Origin: Macrostomum lignano
Lineage: Eukaryota
Assembly: GCA_002269645.1 (NCBI GenBank)
Contig: NIVC01000108.1
Location: forward strand, 124,001-188,000
Reading direction: 5' to 3'
DNA length: 64,000 bases
Part shown: positions 50,300 through 64,000 of the stretch, piece after piece
Numbering within the stretch: position 1 is the first letter of the stretch
Layout of the letters: the number at the start of each line of letters is the position of its first letter
The notes under the pieces: model-generated
What the model was told of the DNA's origin: nothing
The model's input: the letters and a program-made list of their open reading frames with translations, nothing else
Databases searched by the model: none
Translations under genes and position numbers: made by a program

Positions 50300-50812
50300 T
50301 ATAAGAGCCCCAATTGGGAGTATCAGAAACCGCTACAAGCGAGAAACCGCCTCAGGGCAGTAATAGTAAATTCGCCTCAGGGCAGGAGAACCGCCTCAGA
50401 GCGAGGGAAAGATTGCCTCAGGGCAGAGAAGGAGCACAAGCTGTGACCCTCTGATCCAGGGAACGCCCAGGACTAAGAGAATAATATTAGAGAAAGTATA
50501 GGAATAGAATAGACAGTGCTATTAGACCGCTCAGGCCAGAAAAGTACGATAGAAGTACATACGCTACCAATAGAAAGACAATTAATAACCAGTAGAATTA
50601 TTAAGGAGAAATAGCTTTATTACAACTTTGGGTGGCAGTTAGGATTCTCAGTGTACAGGGAAAAGCACTGTGACAACTTGGTAACAGCAGAGGGATTTTG
50701 TATCGTACAGAAGAAACCCCTAGTACAACTTGGTGGCATAACAGTGGAATTCTCATAGAGAGCCAAAAGGCCTAGTAAAGCTAGCAAAAGAATAATTAAG
50801 AGCCCTGTAACA
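50300..50812. mobile_element. Possible LTR-retroelement remnant
   Basis: Ends in TGTAACA; contains three ACAACT-TGG.. PBS-like junctions and CGCCTCAGGGC subrepeats. No partner LTR or pol sequence in the window. Confidence 0.3.
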
Positions 50813-51058
50813 TATATATATGTACACAATAATGTGTATTTTCCATATAAGAAATAAAAAAAATTCTAACTCAATGAAGGATGGCCTGTGTACCTCCCCC
50901 AAAGTCTGCCACTGATTCAATATTATTTATATAGTTTTAAAATATGATTAGGCCTAAAGTCTTTGCAAATATATTTTAACTAGGCCTAAGCCCTAAGGCT
51001 ATAGCTTCATTAAACTCGTTGTATAGGCCTAGACATTATGTTATATGAATGGTGAAAG

Positions 51059-52002
51059 ACCTGTATAACTTTCGCCGACACATTTTCAGACAGATCTTCC
51101 GACACATTTTACGACACTTAAAATGTCGCAAAGTGTCAGAAAAAGTGTTGGAAAAGTTGACATTTGCCGACACATATTTTCCGACACCTAAAGTAATGCT
51201 GCAGTGTCTGATGCTTTACTTCTGCCAACACATCTTCCGACACTTAAAATGTCACTTCTTAGAGCGAGGTCATATACATGTAGCTCGTACTATTCATGTT
51301 AGCTTCATGTATGTTTGTTAAGGTACTGCAGCAGACTGCAGTGTTGCGCATCATTTAGTTGCATCAATTGATATACACACATGTATATGTACATGTAATA
51401 GTTGGCATTTTCTGATTACAAACAGTACGAGCGTATGTATTGTAAATGAGGGCATGATATTTTCAGTGTCAAATGTATTCGCAGTCAAATTAATACAAAA
51501 AAATGCTAGCTATAATTACTAAGTAAATACATAATACTAAATCCCAGTGAAGTCAGAATATCAGATAATTGTAGTATGGCACTCCAAAGTAATACGAATC
51601 GAAAGCTCGATCTAATTAATGTCCAAATTTTTGAACATTACAGATACTAACTTTTTTGAAATACTTTGTGCATACATGTAGCTACATTTACATGACCTCG
51701 CTCTAAGAAGTGACATTTTAAGTGTTGGAAGATGTGTTGGCAGAAGTAAAGCATCAGACACTGCAGCATTACTTTAGGTGTCGGAAAATATGTGTCTGCA
51801 AATGTTAACTTTTACGACACTTTTTCCGACACTTTTTGCGACATTTTAAGTGTCGTAAAATGTGTCGGAAGATCTGTCTGAAAATGTGTCAGCAAAAGTT
51901 AACCGTTGCGACACTTTTTGCGACACTTTTTGCAACATTTTAAGTGTCGTAAAATGTGTCGGAAGATCTGTCTGAAAATGTGTCGGCGAAAGTTATACAG
52001 GT
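51059..52002. mobile_element. Foldback/MITE-like element with >200-bp TIRs
   Basis: ACCTGTATAACTTTCGCCGACACATTTTCAGACAGATCTTCC.. at left and ..GTGTCGGCGAAAGTTATACAGGT at right. Inverted match extends to CTTAGAGCGAGGTCAT. The right arm has an internal ~80-bp duplication. No TSD found. Confidence 0.85.
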
Positions 52003-53666
52003 ATAGGAAAGGCTAGGCTTATGAAAACAAATCCTTTGCATTTAGACTTAAATAGCCCCCCTCTAAGAGTTTGTACAAAGGCATCATTCATCAAGCAAGC
52101 CTTTTTTAAATTAAAATATACTAAACAGACTAAGCTTGCTTTGCCTTTGTTGGGCTCCTATCCTATGCTATGAGATCTATAGTAAAAAATATTTGGAACC
52201 ATTGCTAAATAAATATTTAATGTTATGTTATTAAGACAGATTACTAGATTAGTAACTAACAATTAAACTGAAATTTCTAATTTAATGTAATATATGGAGG
52301 GCTAATCTTTAGTTCCAATTTTCCAAGATAGGCTTAGACATAGTATGAGCATGACACTATTCATTAAATTAAATAGTTGGCCCTAGAAAGAAATGTTTTT
52401 ATATTTAAAGATTTCTAAAATTAATCGGCTACTGGTCACATAGATAGAGACAACTCATTTCAGTGGGGTTTAGCTGTTAAAACCTTTTGTAGGGTCTAAT
52501 ATAAAATAATTATTTAAAATTAATAATAGATAGTCGGGACTAAATAAAGCAAGTGACTGCCAATTTAATTTATAAACTTCACAAGTCTAAATAGAAAATA
52601 AATGTCAATGATATCTCGAAAAGAAATTCCATGATGCAATTAAATAATTTAGGACAATGAAAAAACACAAATCAATACCTATTGAAACATAATAATTCAA
52701 TTAAGGAAAAGAAGTCCCCGGATAATTCATGGAAGAACGAGCGAAGTAGCAGACAAGACAAATACAAGGTACCAAACTTGGCCCTAACGCAAGTCCAAAA
52801 CGAAATTTTAAACGCGGCAGCTCCACGGCAGTTCCACGGCAGTTCCACGGCTAGTCCGTATGCATTCTCTTTCTGTGTCATGGAAAAACCCTTGGCAAGC
52901 CTGGATATACTCGTCAGTAGTGAAGAGTGAAATAAAAAATTCTGAATATTGAGGGTGGCAGAAATAAGAAATGTTGAAATTTTCATCGTTTTAACAGCTA
53001 AATGAACTTGAAGAGCAGATCGCAGTTGCTTTCTAATTCTACACAGTTTTTTAACCGCTTTATGGGCATCTTTGCAACCTGAGAGAATCTTGGAGGTTGG
53101 AGAGGGAGCCCAATAACTGGGGATCTAAAGACTGTGGGCCCAGCCTGAGCATCTGGGAGGAGTCATATCGAAATTGTCTCACAAAAATCCTAAATCCATT
53201 ATTCCCTTTTTAGTGTGAAGTGACAAGAAAAATGCCAGGAAGAAGTCTTCATATTTTTATCTCTTCAATGAGTAGTGACACATGCTTTTACATTGTATTA
53301 TAATTTGAGGTAATTTACAAAGCCCTTTAAATATTCATATCGATGGCAGGGTATTGGATGCACAAACACAAGATCAGAGTATAATGACAAGTATAAAAAA
53401 CTATAAACTGACGTATACAAGCGTATGCTGTTGAGGCTACTAAACTATGAAGACTATCGGGGATAATATACATGGTTTTAGTACAAACAGTGTAAGATTT
53501 TAGTAGCTATATGGATATAGTGTATACCAGCGCAAGTGAACAAGAAGAGCAAACATATGGAATTTTAAACAGTTGTGATGAGGCAAGAACTATTAAGTGG
53601 CTAAATTAGTCAAGTAGCAGTTAAGCTGCACAGCTCAGTTTGCACTGGGGCAAACCGTGCAGCTTA

Positions 53667-55010
53667 TCAACCTTCTTTAACTTCTTTGAAGGCTTGAAGC
53701 AGAGTTTCCCTGCTCACGTGATGGCCATGGGCTCCCCAGATGCTCAGGGCGGCTCTGAGGGGCCGCTCAGAAAGGGTTGCTAATCCAGTGTGATCTGGCA
53801 GACGATCATCAAGAATGCGGAAGAGTGCGCTGAAGAATGCCGAAGTCTTGCCAGTGCTCAACAGTTGGTCCTCCAGACTCGCTAAGTCCATCTCAGAGAG
53901 CTCACTGCCCCGTTGAGGTTCAGCCGAGGCGACACTCGGCGCACTGAGAGACGACACACCGCTGTCAATGGAGCGCACCTGCCCCAACCCGCAATTTGTC
54001 AGCCACGATTCGGCTTTGACCATCGGCGGGACGGCATCGCAACTCGAGTCCGGGTTGTCTTCCTCAGCCTCAGCGATCTCCATGTCTTCTGAGTGCTCGG
54101 ACTGAAGCAGCTCCTTGAGCTCCGGTCGGTCGGCGGCGAGCTCCTCGGCCGTGACGCCGTCGCTGTCCTCCTCCAGCGGGTCGGCACCGCTGTCCAGCAG
54201 GAACCTGACCGCCCGAGCGGCCCCGGCACTCACAGCTGACATCAGCGGTGTCCACCGCTTGCCGCGGTGCTGCCTCTCGTCCAGGTTTACGCTGATGCCG
54301 GCATCTCTGGCGAACTGCAGCAGCGGGCTCAGCATGTCCTCCCTGTCCCGAGCTGCCATCATGTGAAGCACCGTGTCACCCGCCCGGTCATTCATGTGGA
54401 TGGCGGCAGACACCTGTCCCGCTGCGAGCCGGCCCTCCTCGATCAGCCTCTTTGTAACCCGCAGACCGGAGACGAGCACCTCCGTGGACTCCTCCAGCGC
54501 GCAGTGGTGCAGGAAGTTCCTACCGTCGTTGTCGTACAGTCGGTGAAGCTGGGTCGGCTCCCGGATCAGCAGGCGCTCCATCAGGCTGTCGGCTGAGCTG
54601 CCGCTCTGCGTGCTGAGCATGAGCAGACTTTCTCGATGGCGAGTCCGATCGTCAAGGGCGTCGGGGTTTCGCTTGACCGCAATGTCCACCAGCTTCTCGG
54701 CCCGCTCGCCCTGCTGCCTCGCCAGCGCGGACGCCATCGGGTTGTCGCCATCGCTGTTGTGGACTCTCAGCATCTCGGAGCTGTCCTCGAACGCCTTCAG
54801 GAGGATGTCCTCACAGTTGTCGCCCTCGCTGTACTGGTGCATCGCTGTAGCCAGGATTCTGGGGTACTCGAGCAGCAGGCGGCGCTGCATGTCCTGCGGC
54901 AGGGAGCGAAACCTCAGCGATTCCGGAGTCTCAGGAGCTGGACCATCAGCTCCCAGACTTAACTGCTGCATTTGTTCGTCAACTGGTTCCACGTGAGGCA
55001 TGCTGCGCAT
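53667..55010 (-). CDS. Ankyrin-repeat protein copy B (N2-core-C2), 447 aa, DSGVSS degron-like motif, death-fold-like tail
   Basis: Core translation identical to copy A. Distinct tail ..PLRAALSIW...VSRETLLQAFKEV. Candidate acceptor GCGTTAG nine bases upstream of the ATG. Confidence 0.88.
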   Translation of the reverse strand: MRSMPHVEPVDEQMQQLSLGADGPAPETPESLRFRSLPQDMQRRLLLEYPRILATAMHQYSEGDNCEDILLKAFEDSSEMLRVHNSDGDNPMASALARQQGERAEKLVDIAVKRNPDALDDRTRHRESLLMLSTQSGSSADSLMERLLIREPTQLHRLYDNDGRNFLHHCALEESTEVLVSGLRVTKRLIEEGRLAAGQVSAAIHMNDRAGDTVLHMMAARDREDMLSPLLQFARDAGISVNLDERQHRGKRWTPLMSAVSAGAARAVRFLLDSGADPLEEDSDGVTAEELAADRPELKELLQSEHSEDMEIAEAEEDNPDSSCDAVPPMVKAESWLTNCGLGQVRSIDSGVSSLSAPSVASAEPQRGSELSEMDLASLEDQLLSTGKTSAFFSALFRILDDRLPDHTGLATLSERPLRAALSIWGAHGHHVSRETLLQAFKEVKEG

Positions 55011-55371
55011 TGCTTGGGCCTAACGCTTTGCTTGTTGTAGATATATGAGCAGATTATAATTTAGTTCCAGGTTCAAAGCCTGCAAGCGTATTATAAATAT
55101 ACCCAGGTTAGAATTCTTGCCCGCGGCCGTTCTTTTGGTAACCCGCGAGCAATCCACGGATTCGTCTGAACGATGCTATTTTTAGCACTGGCATAATATG
55201 GAACCGCGTAAAGCGAACGTACTTTGACAGGCACACAATGTGGACCAGAATTTGCTATGCTTTTACTTTAAATTCACTGTCTAAGCTCTAAGCTAATTAA
55301 TAATTGCTTCTTCAAGACTAACCACTGCTAATGCTCAATGTCCAAAAACTGTTTTCTTTAGACCAATTCAC

Positions 55372-56814
55372 TGCTTCCCTCAGTCCAGCCCGCTGTTCCC
55401 CCAGTCCAACCCGCTGTTCCCTCAGTCAAACCCACTGTTCCCTCAGTCCAGCCCGCTGTTCCCTCAGTCCAGCCCGCTGTTCCCTCAGTCCAACCCACTG
55501 TTCCCTCAGTCCAGCCCGCTGTTCCCTCCGTCCAACCCACAGTTCTCTCAGTCCAGCCCGCTGTTCCCTCAGTCCAACCCGTTGTTCCCTCAGTCCAACC
55601 CACAGTTCCCTCAGTCCAGCCCGCTGTTCCCTCAGTCCAACCCGCTGTTCCCTTAGTCCAACCCACTGTTCCCTCAATCCAGCCCGCTGTTCCCTCAGTC
55701 CAACCCACAGTTCCCTCAGTCCAACCCACAGTTCCCTCAGTCCAACCCACTGTTCCCTCAGTCCAGCCCGCTGTTCCCTCAGTCCAGCCCGCTGTTCCCT
55801 CAGTCCAACCCACTGTTCCCTCAGTCCAGCCCGCTGTTCCCTCAGTCCAACCCACAGTTCTCTCAGTCCAGCCCGCTGTTCCCTCAGTCCAACCCGTTGT
55901 TCCCTCAGTCCAACCCACAGTTCCCTCAGTCCAGCCCGCTGTTCCCTCAGTCCAACCCGTTGTTCCCTTAGTCCAACCCACTGTTCCCTCAATCCAGCCC
56001 GCTGTTCCCTCAGTCCAACCCGTTGTTCCCTCAGTCCAACCCACAGTTCCCTCAGTCCAACCCACTGTTCCCTCAGTCCAGCCCGTTGTTTCCTCAGTCC
56101 AACCCACTGTTCCCTCAATCCAGCCCGCTGTTCCCTCAGTCCAACCCACTGTTCCCTCAGTCCAGCCCGCTGTTCCCTCAGTCCAACCCACTGTTCCCTC
56201 AGTCCAGCCCGCTGTTCCCTCAGTCCAGCCCGCTGTTCCCTCAGTCCAACCCACAGTTCTCTCAGTCCAGCCCGCTGTTCCCTCAGTCCAACCCGTTGTT
56301 CCCTCAGTCCAACCCACAGTTCCCTCAGTCCAGCCCGCTGTTCCCTCAGTCCAACCCACAGTTCCCTCAGTCCAGCCCGCTGTTCCCTCAGTCCAGCCCG
56401 TTGTTCCCTCAGTCCAACCCACAGTTCCCTCAGTCCAGCCCGCTGTTCCCTCAGTCCAACCCGTTGTTCCCTTAGTCCAACCCACTGTTCCCTCAATCCA
56501 GCCCGCTGTTCCCTCAGTCCAACCCGTTGTTCCCTCAGTCCAACCCACAGTTCCCTCAGTCCAACCCACTGTTCCCTCAGTCCAGCCCGTTGTTTCCTCA
56601 GTCCAACCCACTGTTCCCTCAATCCAGCCCGCTGTTCCCTCAGTCCAACCCACTGTTCCCTCAGTCCAGCCCGCTGTTCCCTCAGTCCAACCCACTGTTC
56701 CCTCAGTCCAGCCCGCTGTTCCCTCAGTCCAGCCCGCTGTTCCCTCAGTCCAACCCACAGTTCTCTCAGTCCAGCCCGCTGTTCCCTCAGTCCAACCCGT
56801 TGTTCCCTCAGTCC
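55372..56814. repeat. Minisatellite, 21-bp unit GTTCCCTCAGTCCAGCCCGCT, with ~504-bp higher-order repeat
   Basis: About 68 copies. Variant TTGTTTCCTCAG recurs at ~56091 and ~56595. Confidence 0.98.
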
Positions 56815-56826
56815 ATCCCCAGTCAG

Positions 56827-58185
56827 TTACAGCAGTTGCTCAGCCTGGATGCTCCGCAGCGCCCGCTGAATGAGCTGCCTGAAGCCGCGTTCGTGCGCCA
56901 GGCTCATCATGAGCGACTCCATCGGCTTCTCAGACATCTTGGCGAGCATCACCGCGGTGCCGTGTTCGCCCGAGAATGCGTTGAGGAACGCGGTCTCCTT
57001 GCCGGTGTCGGCGAGGCCGCTAAGCAGGCGGTGCAGCTCAGCGTCGGAGAGGCCGAGAGGCTGCTGCGAATCCGCGGCCTCCGGCAAAGACGAGGCAGCC
57101 GGGGCGGCGGCGGCCGACGGCACCGTCGTCTGGCGCTGCAGGTCGCCCGCCGGCGCGGTGCACATGCCGCTGTCTATGGTGCCCACCGCGCTGCCAGCCG
57201 ACTTCAGCCAAGTCTCTTCCGCTGCTGCCGCCTCATTTCCGCCTGCGGCCTCCGAGATGCCCGGCTGCAGCTGCTGCTCGAACAGCTCCTTGAGCTCCGG
57301 TCGGTCGGCGGCGAGCTCCTCGGCCGTGACGCCGTCGCTGTCCTCCTCCAGCGGGTCGGCACCGCTGTCCAGCAGGAACCTGACCGCCCGAGCGGCCCCG
57401 GCACTCACAGCTGACATCAGCGGTGTCCACCGCTTGCCGCGGTGCTGCCTCTCGTCCAGGTTTACGCTGATGCCGGCATCTCTGGCGAACTGCAGCAGCG
57501 GGCTCAGCATGTCCTCCCTGTCCCGAGCTGCCATCATGTGAAGCACCGTGTCACCCGCCCGGTCATTCATGTGGATGGCGGCAGACACCTGTCCCGCTGC
57601 GAGCCGGCCCTCCTCGATCAGCCTCTTTGTAACCCGCAGACCGGAGACGAGCACCTCCGTGGACTCCTCCAGCGCGCAGTGGTGCAGGAAGTTCCTACCG
57701 TCGTTGTCGTACAGTCGGTGAAGCTGGGTCGGCTCCCGGATCAGCAGGCGCTCCATCAGGCTGTCGGCTGAGCTGCCGCTCTGCGTGCTGAGCATGAGCA
57801 GACTTTCTCGATGGCGAGTCCGATCGTCAAGGGCGTCGGGGTTTCGCTTGACCGCAATGTCCACCAGCTTCTCGGCCCGCTCGCCCTGCTGCCTCGCCAG
57901 CGCGGACGCCATCGGGTTGTCGCCATCGCTGTTGTGGACTCTCAGCATCTCGGAGCTGTCCTCGAACGCCTTCAGGAGGATGTCCTCACAGTTGTCGCCC
58001 TCGCTGTACTGGTGCATCGCTGTAGCCAGGATTCTGGGGTACTCGAGCAGCAGGCGGCGCTGCATGTCCTGCGGCAGGGAGCGAAACCTCAGCGATTCCG
58101 GAGTCTCAGGAGCTGGACCATCAGCTCCCAGACTTAACTGCTGCATTTGTTCGTCAACTGGTTCCACGTGAGGCATGCTGCGCAT
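56827..58185 (-). CDS. Ankyrin-repeat protein copy C (N2-core-C1 chimera), 452 aa
   Basis: N-terminus and upstream flank match copy B (offset 3175). Core plus tail match copy A (offset 8890). Confidence 0.75.
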   Translation of the reverse strand: MRSMPHVEPVDEQMQQLSLGADGPAPETPESLRFRSLPQDMQRRLLLEYPRILATAMHQYSEGDNCEDILLKAFEDSSEMLRVHNSDGDNPMASALARQQGERAEKLVDIAVKRNPDALDDRTRHRESLLMLSTQSGSSADSLMERLLIREPTQLHRLYDNDGRNFLHHCALEESTEVLVSGLRVTKRLIEEGRLAAGQVSAAIHMNDRAGDTVLHMMAARDREDMLSPLLQFARDAGISVNLDERQHRGKRWTPLMSAVSAGAARAVRFLLDSGADPLEEDSDGVTAEELAADRPELKELFEQQLQPGISEAAGGNEAAAAEETWLKSAGSAVGTIDSGMCTAPAGDLQRQTTVPSAAAAPAASSLPEAADSQQPLGLSDAELHRLLSGLADTGKETAFLNAFSGEHGTAVMLAKMSEKPMESLMMSLAHERGFRQLIQRALRSIQAEQLL

Positions 58186-58546
58186 TGCTTGGGCCTAACG
58201 CTTTGCTTGTTGTAGATATATGAGCAGATTATAATTTAGTTCCAGGTTCAAAGCCTGCAAGCGTATTATAAATATACCCAGGTTAGAATTCTTGCCCGCG
58301 GCCGTTCTTTTGGTAACCCGCGAGCAATCCACGGATTCGTCTGAACGATGCTATTTTTAGCACTGGCATAATATGGAACCGCGTAAAGCGAACGTACTTT
58401 GACAGGCACACAATGTGGACCAGAATTTGCTATGCTTTTACTTTAAATTCACTGTCTAAGCTCTAAGCTAATTAATAATTGCTTCTTCAAGACTAACCAC
58501 TGCTAATGCTCAATGTCCAAAAACTGTTTTCTTTAGACCAATTCAC

Positions 58547-59560
58547 TGCTTCCCTCAGTCCAGCCCGCTGTTCCCCCAGTCCAACCCGCTGTTCCCTCAG
58601 TCCAGCCCGCTGTTCCCTCAGTCCAGCCCGCTGTTCCCTCAGTCCAGCCCGCTGTTCCCTCAGTCCAGCCCGCTGTTCCCTCAGTCCAACCCGCTGTTCC
58701 CTCAGTCCAGCCCGCTGTTCCCTCAGTCCAGCCCGCTGTTCCCTCAGTCCAGCCCGCTGTTCCCTCAGTCCAGCCCGCTGTTCCCTCAGTCCAGCCCGCT
58801 GTTCCCTCAGTCCAACCCACAGTTCCCTCAGTCCAGCCCGCTGTTCCCTCAGTCCAACCCACAGTTCCCTCAGTCCAGCCCGCTGTTCCCTCAGTCCAAC
58901 CCGTTGTTCCCTCAGTCCAACCCACAGTTCCCTCAGTCCAGCCCGCTGTTCCCTCAGTCCAACCCACAGTTCCCTCAGTCCAGCCCGCTGTTCCCTCAGT
59001 CCAACCCACAGTTCCCTCAGTCCAGCCCGCTGTTCCCTCAGTCCAGCCCGCTGTTCCCTCAGTCCAACCCGCTGTTCCCTCAGTCCAGCCCGCTGTTCCC
59101 TCAGTCCAGCCCGCTGTTCCCTCAGTCCAGCCCGCTGTTCCCTCAGTCCAACCCGCTGTCCCAGTCCCACCCGCTGTCTTCACAAGGTCAACCCACTGTT
59201 TCTCCAAGGTCAACCCACTGTTTCTCCAAGGTCAACCCACTGTTTCCCCAAGGCCAATCGACTGTTTCTCCAAGGCCAACCCACTAGTCTAACCCACTGT
59301 TTTCCCAAGGTCGATCCACTGTTTCACCAAGGCTAACCCACTGTTTCCCCAAGACCAACTCAAAAGCCAACCCACTGCTTACCCAAGGCCAACCCACTGT
59401 TTCCCCAAGACCAACTCAAAAGCCAACCCACTGTTTACCCAAGGCCAACCCACTGTTTACCCAAGACCAACTCAAAAGCCAACCCATTGTTTACCCAAGG
59501 CCAACCCACTGTTTTCCCAAGGCCGACATACTGTGTTATCAAGACCAACCCCCGTTTCTC
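58547..59560. repeat. Second copy of the 21-bp minisatellite (58547-~59170) grading into a diverged CCAAGGCCAACCCACTGTTT repeat
   Basis: Direct reading. Confidence 0.93.
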
Positions 59561-60075
59561 AGTGTCCAACCCACTTTTTTCCTGAGGCCAAACTTGGGGT
59601 CATTGCCAACGGCCACAAACTGCTGCTCGCATGTTTTTATAAACTCTTATTTGTTATAGCAAGAACAGTGCTTAAAAGGCCCGAGGCTGTATTGTTAACA
59701 AAGCACTGATGTCGCAACTAAACGAGCCCTACTGATTCTACTGCTAGCAATTTCAATTTCCTTCTCCAACAGCTCCAAGGCAGCCAATGAGTGGCAGCTG
59801 GAGACAGCAGGCCGCACTCTCACCTGCCCCAGCTCTCCACCTTTCTATCCCTTGCATGTACGGCAGATCCAGCTATTACTTGGCCTCACCCTCAACTCTC
59901 TGAAGCTTAAAGCTTGGGTGGAAGCTACGGCCGCGTACGCTCATCAGGCCAAGTGTACAGCCGTAGCTGAAGCAGTACCAGCTCACTTTCCCGGGCAGAG
60001 ACGGCCAGAGTTGGGCGCGAGCTACCAGCCTAGCGCACTGTCAGTCAGCCGGGCGCAATCCATGCCATCCGGGAC

Positions 60076-64000
<3,925 letters not shown>

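Overview
Eukaryotic (animal) genomic DNA with GC-rich exons, short AT-rich spacers and about 25 minisatellite/microsatellite arrays that I estimate cover roughly a third of the window. The style resembles the flatworm Macrostomum lignano, but that is an inference from composition only. Exon models were built by hand from GT/GC-AG boundaries and phase checks. Genes: an ankyrin + death-domain-like gene (4.5-6.9 kb, -), a classical calpain with intact C/H/N triad (8.2-13.1 kb, -), hexameric polyubiquitin carrying E24D (16.5-17.8 kb, +), a PMP22/claudin-like tetraspan gene (23.2-30.0 kb, -), a SHARPIN/HOIL-1-like LTM-UBL-NZF gene with no RBR domain (32.1-34.5 kb, -), an orphan single-exon ORF (38.1-39.2 kb, +), a CRELD2-like gene ending in SEEL (42.0-45.2 kb, +), three ankyrin genes (47.9-58.2 kb, -) and a further ankyrin gene running off the right edge (60.1 kb onward, +). 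Several MITE/SINE-like elements are present. The strongest candidate for an undescribed system is the ankyrin trio. The three copies share an apparently identical 867-bp ankyrin core but carry shuffled N- and C-modules (N1-C1, N2-C2, N2-C1). Both diverged C-modules keep a DSG-phi-X-[S/T] beta-TrCP-type degron followed by a death-fold-like domain, an IkappaB/p105-like layout, in the same neighbourhood as a LUBAC-subunit-like gene and polyubiquitin. Mis-assembly must be excluded for the trio. Most long ORFs in the supplied track are artefacts of stop-free repeat units.
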